NCBI GenBank assembly: GCA_951406725.2 | Contig: OX597827.1 | Span: forward strand, 45,570,001-45,634,000 | Direction of reading: 5' to 3' | From: Octopus vulgaris | Lineage: Eukaryota | DNA: 64,000 nucleotides | Shown: one piece after another, positions 27,168-42,722 of the stretch | Layout of the letters: every line of letters begins with the position of its first letter | Position numbering within the stretch: the stretch's first letter is position 1 | Notes under the pieces: model-generated | What the model saw: only the letters and a program-made list of their open reading frames with translations | What the model was told of the DNA's origin: nothing | Databases searched by the model: none | Made by a program: the position numbers and the translations under genes

Positions 27168-28214
27168 TCTCTCTATATATAAAACTGAGAATGTGTGTGT
27201 ACCTGTCTGTCTGTCTGTGTGTTTCCCTAAAACTTGGGAACTACACAACCAATTTCATTCAAATTTTACACATGCCTTATTTAGGGTCCATGTAGTTTCA
27301 TGGGCAAAAAAATGTTCAACTTCTTGCCTAGATCGAGCCCATAGCAATATCATATCTTCTCTACTATTTCAGTATTATGTGTTAAAAGTGAAAAAAACAA
27401 AACATTTCTCTATTTTATGTCAGATACTTTCACTTTAACAATAAAAATAATAATAACAATTGAATTATATGTAATAAGTAATAATTAAAATCAAACTAAA
27501 GTATAATATAATCGTAACATAACAAAAGTAAAAATAGCAATTGGTATAAAATTGCATCAATGACTTGAACTTGAATAAGTGGTTTCACATGAATGGGAAT
27601 AAATTAAAAATAAAATTAGCGTGCAGAAATGGAATAGTCCAGATGGATAATAACAAATTAAATTAAAGAAAAGACTATTGTCTATAAAGTATACAATGTA
27701 AAGAAAAAAGATTTTAACACCGGGAGGAAAGCACCATCGAAAAGTGTCTTGGTGCGACTATGAAAGATATCTAACCAGAGGCGTTAAATTCGCCACAATA
27801 GAAGCTAGAAGCAAGGTTCGAGTCAACGGAGCATGCAAGGGAGTACTAGACTCGAACTTGTAAAGTGGAAATATTTAATTTTTACCTTTATATCTGGGAC
27901 GTAGGACGTCCCGGATAAAATTTTAAAATGCCCCCCCCCCCCCCCCCATAGCAGTAGAGGTAGGCTAGATTGTAGGCACACTTCTATACAAGAGGGAGGA
28001 CAAGATATAATTAATCGAAAATGCAAGAGACGGGCTTATAATTCCAGTCTGTTATATATTTTGAGTATTGTTATCACTAGCGATATCAAGATATAACTTT
28101 GTATTTTGTATTTTATGTCTAGATGTATATATATATATATAGATGTACACATATATATACACATATATACATGCACTAGCACTATGACCCGGCAACGACG
28201 GGTCATAGTGCTAG
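27168..28214 (+). mobile_element. Non-autonomous Helitron (duplicate of 20597-21604)
   Basis: A|TC...CTAG|T ends and a perfect 17-bp terminal hairpin. Confidence 0.8.
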
Positions 28215-28338
28215 TATATATATATATATATATATATACATGCAAATATATATATGTACATCTATCTCCCTCCATCTCTCTTTATATATGTGTGTGTGTG
28301 AGTATGTATGTGTATGTATCTATCTTTCTGTTTGTCCG

Positions 28339-28441
<103 letters not shown>

Positions 28442-28975
28442 GTCTGTCAGTCTATCTGCCTGACTGTCAGTCTATCTGCCTGACTGTCTGTCTATCTGCC
28501 TGACTGTCTGTCTATCTGTCTACATATATGTATGTATATGTGTGTGTGTGTTATATATAGAGAGATGGAGTTAAACGCAGGTGTTAAATCTTTTTACTTC
28601 CAACATATGTTTCGAAGAAAACATTGGTATTATTTCAGAAGAAATAAAATCATGTAAAACAATGCAATCTTCTCATTGGGGAAAGAAAGAAACCAAACAC
28701 ATCAATAAGACATTTTTTCTAGTGGAGAGATATAGAGCGATAGGTGAATAAAATAAAACTTAAAGGCTTGGAAGTCGATATATTTAATGTAAGTGAAATA
28801 TAAAAGAAGCAACACAGTCACGGATATATACAGACAGACACGCCCTCCATCTTCACCTCCATCGCCACAATATCTTCACTGAAACTCGATCAAACGATCC
28901 ACCACCCTCGCCCACCACCGAATAATCTACATCCCTTCCTCTCCTCTATCAAGCATCATCGATTTCAATCTACAT

Positions 28976-29033
28976 TGCAGCGACATCAGTGAGACATTCC
29001 AACAGTTGTTACTTTGCTGCATCAACAGGCATC
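28976..29033. other. Conserved non-coding element, copy 7 (+ orientation)
   Basis: Same motif. Confidence 0.7.
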
Positions 29034-29407
29034 AAAGTGTCTCGTAGCCCCGACCCCCCTATTTTTGGTATTGTCGTTAATTGGTGAGGGATGAGTGGGG
29101 CCCACGTCCTTTGTGTATCTCTTCCTGTTTTCCTAATGTTCCTTCATCATCATCATACTGTGCCACCTTTTACAATTAACAATAATGAAATCTACTATTA
29201 ACAACAAAGAGATTTATTATTAACTGATATTATTATCAACTGTTTCATCGATCCCGAAGAATGAAAGGCTAAGTCGATCTCGACGGAATTTGAACTTAGA
29301 ACGCAAAGAGCCAGAAGAATTGCTAACCATTTTGCTAGGTGTGTTAACGATTCTTCTAGCTAATAATAATAATGGTAATAATAATAATAATAATGATAAT
29401 AATAATG

Positions 29408-29482
<75 letters not shown>

Positions 29483-29852
29483 GTGGCTGACAATATGTGC
29501 ATCTCTGATCAAGAGCAGAAGTAGTGGGGGAACATCATAGCCATGTGTTGAGAGGGATTCTTTGGATAATTCACCTTTGAAACATGGGTGGTTCTTTCAA
29601 CTTCCTTAAACAACCCTTATTCAGGGACATCTTGAGCGGGATGGGCTACTCAACCTGAAGAAAATTCTAACTGGGCCCCACCTGCAAAGTCATGTGCTGT
29701 GTATCTTGATATGAGATCACCATGTCGCGCACATATGGTAGTGATGCACCTGCCTTCTGTACCCTTATCAGACGAGTAGTCATGATGGGTTTACTGGGCT
29801 TCATATATTTTACCCCAGTGTCACTTTGATGGCATGCACTGCTCTCTCACTC

Positions 29853-30544
<692 letters not shown>

Positions 30545-30775
30545 TAATAATAATAATAATAATCCTTTCTACTGAAGTCAGAAGGCCTTGAAATTTTGTG
30601 GGGAAGGGGACTAGTCGATTCCATTGACCCCAGTTTTTCACTGGTACTTAAGTTATCGACCCTGAAAGGAAGAAAGGCAAAGTCGACCTCGGCGGAATTT
30701 GAACTCGAGACGTAGCGATGAGCGAAATGCCACTAAGCATTTCATCCAGCACGCTAATTTTGCCGACTTATCGCC

Positions 30776-30839
<64 letters not shown>

Positions 30840-31206
30840 TAATAATCCTTTCTACTGAAGGCACGAGTCCTTGAAATATGGTGGGAGGTGGGACTAGTCG
30901 ATTACATCAACTCCAGTGTTTCACTGGTACTTAATTTATCCACCCGGAAAGGATTACAGGTAAAGTCGACCACAGTGGAATTTGAACTTAGAACGTAAAG
31001 AATGACGGAGTGCCATCTGAGTCGCTCTTTTAATTTAAGAATTTAAATAAAAAACGGCATGACAGATGCATTTCCAGCTGGATATGACGCCTGTCTAACG
31101 CCTTGCAGAGAACAATCTCAAATTATTCTTAGCGTGATCGATTGCTTTATATAATAAGCCTAGGAGAATGAAGTGTATTGACCACATTAGACAGTAGAAA
31201 AGAATG

Positions 31207-32491
31207 GGATCGATCCGGTACCGGACAAGAATTCTGGATTATTTGTTATATTTACATGAAGTATTACGGTCTTACGTTAACTTTCAGGTCTTTCTCTGAT
31301 TATCTCTCTCTATATAAACGGCAGTTTATCTGTCTGTGTGTCTGTGTGTCTGTCAGGTTGTACCCTCACCCTGACCACGGCTTTCAACCGATTCTGATGA
31401 AACTTGACACACACATAGCCCAATGTCATAATTCAAAACTAACGCGGCGAAAAGTTTGAAAAGTTCCACCAGTTCTGAAAAACATTCGATAAATTCGACA
31501 TGGGGTCGAGAATCTAAGCTTTTTATATGCAACACATTTTCTGTCTAGGGGACACAACACGACCTTTTTATCGCCCAAAGGGACAGCTAGGAACATCGTA
31601 TTCGAGTGAAGAGAAGACATTGCAACCTACACATGCGCCTTCGTTCCCTAGAAGGAAAGGACTAGATTGGGATTAGTCGTTGCCTACTAGGGGCTCTTAC
31701 ATACCCGGGCAACGCCGGGCTATGCTGCTAGTCTCCTTTAAAAGCACGCTCATGATTTCCACGTAAGTTATGGCGGCGTTGCTGTTTCCAAAGTTTTATT
31801 TTCGTTTCTTTATTATTAATTTTACTCGCGTCTCTATCTTAGTAGAAACTGTTGGATAAAGAAATCCAGCAAAACCATTCAGAAATTAAATAATACTTAC
31901 ATATTCAGTAACAATAATGAATTTAATCTATCCTTGACAATTTTTAGTTTTACTAATTTTGAATATATCGCTCCTGTTTAAAAGCTCTTACCTACTTGGC
32001 AATTGCATTTCTAGCTCTGCCTTGAAGGAAGCTTTACTTCTTGGACTGACGTTTATGTGCGCAACGATGTTGTTAAACCTCCGTTAACAGCCCTGTATTC
32101 AGGTCCTTTCGGGGTTTTTTTTCATGCATGAATTTTTCACTATAGACCTTAATGGGCATAATGACACTATATCAGTGGATGAACTAAAATAGACCTTCAT
32201 TGAGAAAACTGTCCCTGCTCCCACAGCAGAGCATACACACACAGTATTAGAAACACGGCCCGCACACCCACCTTCACATTTCATTACTATCATTGGGATC
32301 AATCATGTTCCGGACAAGAATTCTAGATTATTTTTCCGGTTCTTTTTACTTAATGTTTGAGAGCGGTTGGATTCATTTTTAGTATTCTCGTTCGTGAGAG
32401 CAGTCGAATTTTGAAAATCATCTCCAGTTAATCGTTGAGAGGACGTTGGTCTTGCCTTGGCGGAGGTTTGCGCTCTATGAATGCTCTTGTT
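31207..32491 (+). mobile_element. Helentron-like element (5'-truncated, intact 3' end) containing a nested Helitron
   Basis: Body matches 8500-9170. 3' end GCCTTGGCGGAGGTTTGCGCTCTATGAATGCTCTTGTT. Confidence 0.55.
31303..31731 (+). mobile_element. Non-autonomous Helitron, 429 bp
   Basis: TC...CCCGGGCAACGCCGGG...CTAG inserted at A|T with no TSD. Empty site TGATTA|TCTCC at ~12121 and ~18123. Confidence 0.9.
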
Positions 32492-32495
32492 ATCA

Positions 32496-32637
<142 letters not shown>

Positions 32638-32719
32638 TACTATTATTATTATTATTATTATTATTATCATTATTATTATTATTATTATTACTACTACTAC
32701 TATTATTATTATTATTATT

Positions 32720-32950
32720 CAGTAGTTTTATTTTTACAGCGTGCTTTCACTTCACTACCGAGCGCAGCTCTGTGTGCCTTGGGTATGTGCTGTGATTTGT
32801 TGTGATGCTCTGATGGTTATTGTATGGAAAGTGTTCTGCGTAGGATGTGTGCAGTGCCTAGTAGTGCAATTTTCTGTATGTTATATGTGTTTGTAAGTCC
32901 TGGTGTTTTTGTTATGTATTTGTCTGAATATTTTTTTATCATGCCTAATG
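32720..32950 (-). mobile_element. Dong/R4 3' fragment in (TTA)n
   Basis: Reverse complement of ~30213-30443. Confidence 0.85.
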
Positions 32951-33014
32951 ATATTATTATTATTATTATTATTATTACTATTATTATTATTACTATTATT
33001 ATTATTATTATTAC

Positions 33015-33081
<67 letters not shown>

Positions 33082-33477
33082 GAGTGAGAGAGCAGTGCAT
33101 GCCATCAAAGTGACACTGGGGTAAAATATACGAAGCCCAATATACCCATCATGACTACCCGTCTGATAAAGGTACACTAGGCACATGCATCACAACCATA
33201 TGTGCGCGATATGGTGATCTCATATCAAAATAAACAGCACATGACCTTGCAGGTGGGGCCCAGTTAGAATTTTCTTCAGGTTGAGTAGCCCATCCCGCTC
33301 AAAAGGTCCCTGAATAAGGGTTGTTTAAGGATGTTGAAAGAACCACCCATGTTTCCAGAGGTGAATTATTCAAACCCCAAAGAATCCCTCTCAACACATG
33401 GCTATGATGCTCCCCCACTACTTCTGCTCGTGATCAGAGATGCACATATCGTCAGCCACTAAGGCACATGCTCAACT

Positions 33478-34323
<846 letters not shown>

Positions 34324-34512
34324 AAGGCGGTGCGCTGGCAGGAACGTTAGCACGCGAACAAAATGTTTAGCGGTATTTTGTCTGTCTATCTGTGTCAATG
34401 AAATAAGTACCAGTTGAAGTAAATGCGCGTGCGTATGTTACAACGTGCATAAGCACATTTTCCTGCACAGATTAACCAATATACATCATTCTGCTTGGCT
34501 TATGGCTATCAA

Positions 34513-34928
34513 GGGCGCAGGAGGGCTGTGTGGTAAGTAGCTTGTTTACCAACCACATGGTTCCGCATTCAGTCCCACTGCGTGGCACCTTGGGCAAGTG
34601 TCTTCTACTATAGCCTCGGGCTGACCAAAGCCTTGTGGGTGGATTTGGTAGATGGAAACTGAAAGAAGCCCGTCGTATATATGTATATATATATATATGT
34701 ATGTGAGTGTATATGTTTGTGTGTCTGTTTTTGTCCCACCCAAAATCGCTTGACAACCGATGCTGATGTGTTTACGTCCCCGTAACTTAGCGGTTCGGCA
34801 AAAGGGAGCCGATAGAATAAGTACTAGGCTTACAAAGAATAAGTCCTGGAGTCTATTTGCTCGACTAAAGGCGGTGCTCCAGCATGGCCGCAGTCAAATG
34901 ACTGAAACAAGTAAAAGAGTAAAAGAGT
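34513..34928 (+). mobile_element. SINE family A, full length
   Basis: Head, CORE-like block, microsatellite and (GTAAAAGA)n tail. Further copies at 36771-37179(+), 39325-39750(-), 40975-41190(+), 50675-51340(-, interrupted by SINE B), 60995-61690(-), 61720-62131(-) and 63795-63950(+). Confidence 0.85.
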
Positions 34929-35404
34929 AGAGTGCTGTCTACGATGTGATAGACAAAAGAGTCCTGACTTGGTGGAAATGCACCCCTCGTTCAGTTTGAC
35001 TTAAACTCCCTAAATATAAGAGTGCATCATTCATTATCCGGGGACAGGCGCACCTCCACTTACGCCATTTCGTATTTTTCGACGTGACTTGTTTTTGTTT
35101 TTTTTTTGTTTTTTAATAGCTTAATGAAAAGAAATCTAAACTTCCAACTTCCAACGCATTAAATTTTTTTTGAAGATGGAAATGAAACGCTCATATAAAA
35201 TACGTGTAGAAATATTATTATTTATTAAAACAGATTATAAAACTAATAGAGTTTTTCAAAACAACTTTTTGTGTGTGCGTGTGTTACGCTGTTTTTCAAG
35301 TTAAGTCACGTCTTGAAACCAATTACCGACGTAAGTTGAGGCATGCCTGTATATATCATCCCATTCACACCAAAAAATAGTGGGTGAGGAGTGCGAGACG
35401 TCTG

Positions 35405-35450
35405 TGCAGCAAAGTAACAACTGTTGGAATGTCTCACTGATGTCGCTGCA
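35405..35450. other. Conserved non-coding element, copy 8 (- orientation, partly deleted)
   Basis: TGCAGCAAAGTAACAACTGTTGGAATGTCTCACTGATGTCGCTGCA; lacks the GATGCCTGTTGA arm. Confidence 0.65.
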
Positions 35451-35994
35451 GTGTATATTGGAATCGATGATGCTTTGGTAGAGAGGAAAGGGTGTAGGTT
35501 AGTCGGTGGTGGGCAGGAGTTGGGTGCTATATGATCTAGATTCTGTAACGATATTGTAGTGAGGGAGTTGAATGTGAAGGGGGTGTCTGTCTGTCTGTCT
35601 ATTTGTCTATCTGCCTGCATTTCGTCCGTCTTTATGTTCTGAGTTCAAATTCCGCCGAGGTCGACTTTGCCTTTCATTCTTTCGATGGCGACAAAATAAG
35701 TACCAGTTACACACTGGGGTCAATATAATCAGCTTACCCACACATCTCCGAAATTGTCGGCCTTGTGTCAAAATCTGAAGCCACAATAATTTATGGCAAA
35801 ATGTGGCACAGGCGGATGAGGAAGGGACATAAGAAAAACAGGTAAAGACGCACAAAGGACGTGACCCACTTATCCCTCACAATATCGAAAAATAGGGTGG
35901 TGGGTTCGAGATGCTTTTGGTAGGGTCGATGAAGTCGGAAAGCTCCCTCCCTACCCCCCCCCCCCCCAACGAAATTTCAGTTTTGCTAATAGTA

Positions 35995-36705
35995 ACTCTC
36001 TTTATTGTTAACAGTAAATTTCATTATTGTTAATTGTAAAAGTTGGCACAGGATGAAAATGAAGATTAAGGAACATTAGGAAAACAAGAAGAGATACACA
36101 AAGGACCTGGGCCCCTACTCATCCCTCATCAATTAACGACAATACCAAAACATGGGGGTCGGGGCTACGAGACGCTTTGATGCCTGTTGATGCAGCACAA
36201 AGTAACAACTGTTGGAATGTATCACTGATGTCGCTGCAATGTAGATTGAAATCGATGATGCTTGATAGAGGGGAGGGGGTGTAGATTAGTCGGTGGTGGG
36301 CGAGGGCGGTGGATCGTTTGATCGAGTTTCAGTGAAGATATTGTGGTGATGGAGGTGAAGATGGAGGGCGTGTCTGTCTGTATATATCCGTGACTGTGTG
36401 CTGCTTCTGTTAATAGTTGTATTTGTGGAACGAGGTGGTGTGGGTATGTGTGTGTATAGAACTGAAGGGTGGTGGTGGTGGTGGTGGTGGTTTTGGTGTC
36501 GGGGGATTGTGGGGGTGGGGGTAAGGGTGAGTATAGTGTCAGAGAATGTTGTAAAGTTACTGATGTTGTAAAGTTGGTGACGGCTGTGGTAGTGATGGTG
36601 GTAGTAAAGCTAACACTTGTGATGGCTATAGTGTTGGTAGTAGTTGTACACCATGTGCTAATAGCAGAGTTAGCTGTGGTGATGGTGGTAGTTGTACTTA
36701 TAATA
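35995..36705 (-). repeat. Inverted, more diverged copy of the duplication unit
   Basis: Reverse complement of ~6640-7330. Confidence 0.85.
36179..36238. other. Conserved non-coding element, copy 9 (- orientation)
   Basis: Same motif with a 2-nt loop insertion. Confidence 0.7.
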
Positions 36706-37772
36706 AACGAATAAAAAGTGCCTATAGTAGAAAGAATTACTTTCATTATTGTTGTTGTTATTATTATCATAGGCGTAGGAGTGGCTGTATGGTAAGTAGC
36801 TTGCTTACGAACCACATGGTTCCGGGTTCAGTCCCACTGCGTGGCACTTTGGGCAAGTGTCTTCTACTATAGCCTCGGGCCGACCAAAGCCTTGTGAGTG
36901 GATTTGGTAGACGGAAACTGAAATAAGCCCGTCGTATATATGTATATGTATGTGTTTGTGTATATCTTTGTGTGTCTGTGTTTTTCTCCCCACCGTCGCG
37001 TGACAACTGATGCTGGTGTGTTTACGTCCCCGTAACTTAGCAGGTCGGCAAAAGGGAGCCGATAGAATAAGTACTAGGCTTACAAAGAATAAGTCCTGGG
37101 GTCGATTTTCTCGACATCAAGGCGGTGCTCCAGCATGGCCACAGTCAAATGATTGAAACAAGTAAAAGAGTAAAAGAGTATCGTTATTAAGGCGGTGACA
37201 TGACAGAATCATTTGCATACTGGACAAAAATGCTTAGTATTATTTCGCCCGTCGCTACGTTCGGAGTTCAAATTCCGCCGAGGTCGACTTTACCCTTCAT
37301 CCTTTCGGGGTCGATAAATCAAGTACCAGTGATGTAATTGCCTTCCACCCACCGCAAAATTTCAGGCCTTGTGCATTTAGCAGAAAGGATTATTATAATT
37401 ATTCCTTGTGATGGCGTTGGTTGTAGTGGTATTATTTCTGCTGTTATTAGAGCATCGGGAAAATACCGTGCATGTTTCTTTACATTCTGAGTTCAAATCT
37501 TCCTGAGGTCAACTCTGCCTTTTATCCGTTCAGGGGACGATAGAATAAGATGTCGGTCAAATACTGAGGGAGATCGAACTGACTAAAACACCTCCTCCCA
37601 AAATTGCTAGAATTGTATCTAAATCAAACACCATAGTTATTATTAATGATAATAGAATCATTTTCTTTTTAACTGCCGTGAGTGTTTATATATATATAAT
37701 GTATGAAGGAAACGGAAAATGGTGTTAGCAAGAACCTTCATTAATAAAGATTTTTGTTGACTCCATTTTCTC

Positions 37773-38529
37773 TGGAGAGTTTTATATACCTGGAAAGCTG
37801 CCTGTCCTCAAACTGCAGCATAGACAAAGTTGAGGCTTGCAAAAGCAGGAGCTTCGTTTGGCAGACTTTGGACACGTGTGTGGGCCGAACGAAGCATCAG
37901 ACTTTCCACCAAGCTGGCAGTCTACAGGGCAGTCGTCATCACCTCTCTGCTCTACGGCTGTGCGATGTGGACGCTGTATAGGAGGCAAATACGAGAACTT
38001 GACAAGTTCCACCTCCGCTGCTTGCGACGAATCATGGGACTTTCCTGGGAGGACAGAGTCTCCAAGACTGTGGTGCTTCGCAGAGCCGAAATACCTGCGA
38101 TCGAAGCCCTCATCATGAAGGCCCAGCTCCGGTGGGTCGGACATGTAGCCCGACTGGATGACGTGCATCTACCAAAGATGATCTTCTCTGAGCTGGCTTC
38201 AGGAGCAAGAAACCCTTGAAGGCCACTGAGGCGATTCAAGGACAGCCTGAAAATTTCCCTTGGGGCCTGCGGCATTTTATCCTGTGACTGGGAATCGCTT
38301 GCCCCTGACCGCGGCGCCTGGCGTCCAGCTGTCCAAAAGGGTGTTAGGCTGTTCGAGGAAAAGCGCCTCAAGATCCTGGACGAGAAGCGACAAGCCCGAA
38401 AAGAGAGGATCCCCAACCTTACTTCTGCTGTTACATGCCCAACATTTGGCCACATCTGCGCGCCTGCCTTTGGGTTCTGCTCCCACCTCCGGCATCACTG
38501 ACGTCATGGTCAAACCCCGACAGACTCCC

Positions 38530-38531
<2 letters not shown>
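37773..38531 (+). mobile_element. RTE (BovB-like) LINE, 5'-truncated 3' RT fragment
   Basis: RLAKAGASFGRL..STKLAVYRAVVITSLLYGC..WT..DKFHLRCLRRIMGLSWEDRVS..AQLRWVGHVARLDD, then [12 protein letters not shown] and a decayed C2H2-like tail. Followed by a TA/TACA microsatellite. Confidence 0.9.
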
Positions 38532-38591
<60 letters not shown>

Positions 38592-38692
38592 CATATATAT
38601 ATACATATATATACATATATATACATATATACATATATATATATGCATATATATATATATACATATATATACATATATATACATATATGTAC

Positions 38693-38725
<33 letters not shown>

Positions 38726-38726
38726 C

Positions 38727-38779
<53 letters not shown>

Positions 38780-38926
38780 CATATATATATACATATATAT
38801 ACATATATATACATATATATACATATATATACATATATATATATATGCATATATATATATATACATATATATACATATATATACATATATGTACATATAC
38901 ATACATATATATATACATATATATAC

Positions 38927-38985
<59 letters not shown>

Positions 38986-39077
38986 GGTATGTCATATTTT
39001 CCGTTTGTTTTCTTTTTTTTTATTTAATCCCGAATATATATTTATATATATATATATTTTCTGTATGGTGTGATGTG

Positions 39078-39118
<41 letters not shown>

Positions 39119-39287
39119 CGTGTATACGAGCATAGATATATACGTTTTCAAATTCCCGCATTTTTTTTTTACACTTTTAATAGTGGCTAAAGTAAATAAA
39201 AAATTTTTTTTTGTTAAAATATAAACTTTTCACGGATGAAACAACATATGTCTGTGCATGTGCGTGTTTATGTGCAAACTATTCACA

Positions 39288-39326
<39 letters not shown>

Positions 39327-39545
39327 TCTCTTTTTCTCTTTTTCTCTTTTACTTGTTTCAGTCATTTGACGGCGGCCATGCTGGAGCACAGCCTTTAGTC
39401 GAGCAAATCGACCCCGGGACTTATTCTTTGTAAGCCCAGTACTTATTCTATCGGTCTCTTTTTGCCGAACCGCTAAGTGACGGGGACGTAAACACACCAG
39501 CATCGGTCGTCAAGCAATGCTAGGGGGAAAAACACAGACACACAA

Positions 39546-39578
<33 letters not shown>

Positions 39579-39876
39579 CATATATACGACATGCTTCTTT
39601 CAGTTTCCGTCTACCAAATCCACTCACAAGGCATTGGTCGGCCCGGGGCTATAGCAGAAGACACTTGCCCAAGATGCCACGCAGTGGGACTGAACCCAGA
39701 ACCATGTGGTTGGTTAGCAAGCTACTTACCACACAGCCTCTCCTGCGCCTATATATGTGTGTGTATACATATATATAAATATATATAGATATATGCAACT
39801 ATCCCTCCATTTCTCAATCTAACAGTGCGTTCTTTTTTAAAAGTATATCGATTGATTATACAATCGAGAAGTATGC

Positions 39877-39929
39877 GATACTTGTTGATACAGCAACAAG
39901 TATTGGAATGTCACTCTGGTGTCGCTGCG
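39877..39929. other. Conserved non-coding element, copy 10 (old/diverged, - orientation)
   Basis: GATACTTGTTGATACAGCAACAAGTATTGGAATGTCACTCTGGTGTCGCTGCG; perfect 10-bp stem ATACTTGTTG/CAACAAGTAT. Confidence 0.7.
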
Positions 39930-40206
39930 ATAGAGTTTATCGGTGAGACGTGAGGATGCTTGATAGACAGGAAAGTGGGTGGATTACACGGGGAGTGGAG
40001 AGGAGGTGGGTGTTCGTTGATCGGGATTAGATGTAGATGGAAATGGAAATGAATGTGAGTCAGAATGTGCGTGTACATGTATGCATACATACATATATGT
40101 GTGTGCGCACACATACATATATATATTTATATATACATATTTACAAACATATATATGGATACATACATATACACACGCATATATACACATGTATACTTGT
40201 AAGTAT

Positions 40207-40259
<53 letters not shown>

Positions 40260-40395
40260 CTTTACATATATATATGCATACATAAGTACACATACACGCA
40301 TACCTATCTATCTATTGATCTGTCTATCTATATCTATCTATCTATCTATCTATCTATATATATATATGTATATATATATATGTATATATACAAAC

Positions 40396-40476
<81 letters not shown>

Positions 40477-40477
40477 C

Positions 40478-40521
<44 letters not shown>

Positions 40522-40524
<3 letters not shown>

Positions 40525-40717
40525 AAGGGAAAGTTTACGAAAATAAACAAAAGACGAAGGCAGGTGGTGTACAAACAAACAAATGTATTAGTATAGCGCT
40601 CAGGAATAGAAAAAGGCTTTTACGTTTCGAGCCTACGCTCTTCCACAGAAAGGAACACAGAAAGAAGCAAGGAGAGAAACAAGGAGAGAAAACAATGTGT
40701 GTAGTAGCTAACGATCT

Positions 40718-40722
<5 letters not shown>
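40522..40722 (-). mobile_element. ~200-bp TA-embedded pLTR-like element with a degenerate minimal hammerhead (40617-40652)
   Basis: Minus strand CTTT-CTGTGGA-A-GAGC-GTAG-GCTC-GAAA-CG-TA-AAAG. Relatives at ~50115-50272(+), 54470-54645(-) and 63100-63303(+). Confidence 0.55.
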
Positions 40723-40789
<67 letters not shown>

Positions 40790-40891
40790 ATACATATACA
40801 TATATATATATATTATTTATATTATTTAATTGAACCCCACGCATCCATTTCCGAGTGAGCATATATATATATATATGTGTGCGTGTGTGTG

Positions 40892-40950
<59 letters not shown>

Positions 40951-42680
40951 ATGTATGTATGTATGTATGTATGCAATATGTATTTGTATGTTTATGTTTG
41001 TCGCCCCACCATCGCTTGACAACCGATGTTGTGTTTACGTCCCCGTAACTTAGCGGTTCGGCAAAGAGACCGATAGAATATGTACTAGACTTACAAAGAA
41101 TATGTCTTGGGGTCGGTTTGTTCGACTAAAGGCAGTGCTCCAGCATCGCCGCAGTCAAATGACTGAAACAAGCAAAAGAATAAAAGAACAGTTCAATGAA
41201 TTAAAAATTTTTCAATATTGTTTTTATGACGTCACCATTACTTGAACATTTCTCCGCAGATTTGATTTCAAAAGTCTTCAGTCCCTTTCAACATTTCGCG
41301 GTGATTAGAGACTATGGAATGCGCGCACCAGGGGGGCGAACGCAGATATCTGAAGACTTGTGTGAAGTGACAGTCATCTTCACCTTGTTTTTGATGTTTG
41401 GTGGGGTTGTTTTAGGTTAACATGCAATTAACTGTCATTTAAAAAAAATGCAAGAAAAATGTCGAAAAATTGAAAGTGAATTGCGATAAGAATGAAGTGA
41501 GACGACCCTGACATAATCGGTAGGTAGGTTTCTTGTGTGGAGCTCGGCAATTTCTATACTCGTGAAAATGTCAGCCATCCTCTCAGTATTTTGATCCGAA
41601 CTATGCCAGCAACCATTCACAGAACGTGACATTGTATAAGAAATATGCACAGAAATATTGTTTCCGCTATATATCTAGTCATACGTATGTAGAGAGAATA
41701 AAGCTATAAATATTGAGAGAATTTTAATAAGAAATAAGTTTATTAATATATTTGAGCATATTTGCAAGATATTTCTATAATAAATCAAAATAGATACATT
41801 AGATGTGCGATGAATTGCATGTATTATTATTGGTGCAAGCATATGGTCACATGGGCCTTTTATCTACGAGTGTGTAAGTGTTTGGGCCCGTGTCTATGTT
41901 TGTGTATGCGTGTGTTGGTGTGTAAGTTTTTGAGTGCGTAGTGTGTATCCGTCTGTCTCTTTCATATATTCTCTGACTGTCTGTCTGTCTCTGTCTCTCT
42001 CATTCTCTCTCTGTCTTTTTCTTTCCCCTCGCGTCTGGAAGAATGTGTAATTTTGCCTACCTGGACGTGCGTGTGTGAGTATGTGTACGTGTATGAGTGT
42101 GTGTGTGGGGGGAGTGTATGTGCGTGTGTGTATGAGTGTGTGTGTATATGAGTGTGTGTGCGTGTGTGAATGTGTGTGCGTGTGTGAGAGTGCGTGCGTC
42201 TGTGTATGTAGAAGTATGGATGTAGAAGGCGCGTGACTTAGTTTCTTAGGTATTCGGCTTACGATCACAAGGCCGTGTGCTCAATTTCCACCTGCGCATT
42301 GTATCCTTGAGCAAGACACTTTATTTCACGTTGCTCAAGTCCACTCAGTTGGCAAAAATGAATAGTACCTGTATTTCAAAGGGCCAGCCTTGTCAAATTC
42401 TGTGTCGTACTGAATCTCCTTTAGACCTACATTAAGGTTACATATGTAGGTTACATATTGCTATAAACATTGAGAATTTTAATAAAAATCAAGTTTGCTG
42501 TTATTAAAATGTTTGAGCATCTAGGCAAGATATTTCTATAATAAATCAAAATAGTTGTTATTATATTTTGGGGTGGCCATTTTGCCAAAATGAATACACG
42601 CACTGTATATTCGCTCTTCACATCATATTTATTATTGTTCTTATTTTATTTCCTTTGTCTGGAAATCTAAATTGGAGAAC

Positions 42681-42722
<42 letters not shown>

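Noticed and set aside
41325-41338. Isolated CTCF-like CACCAGGGGGGCG
   Set aside because: Single imperfect match with no supporting context.
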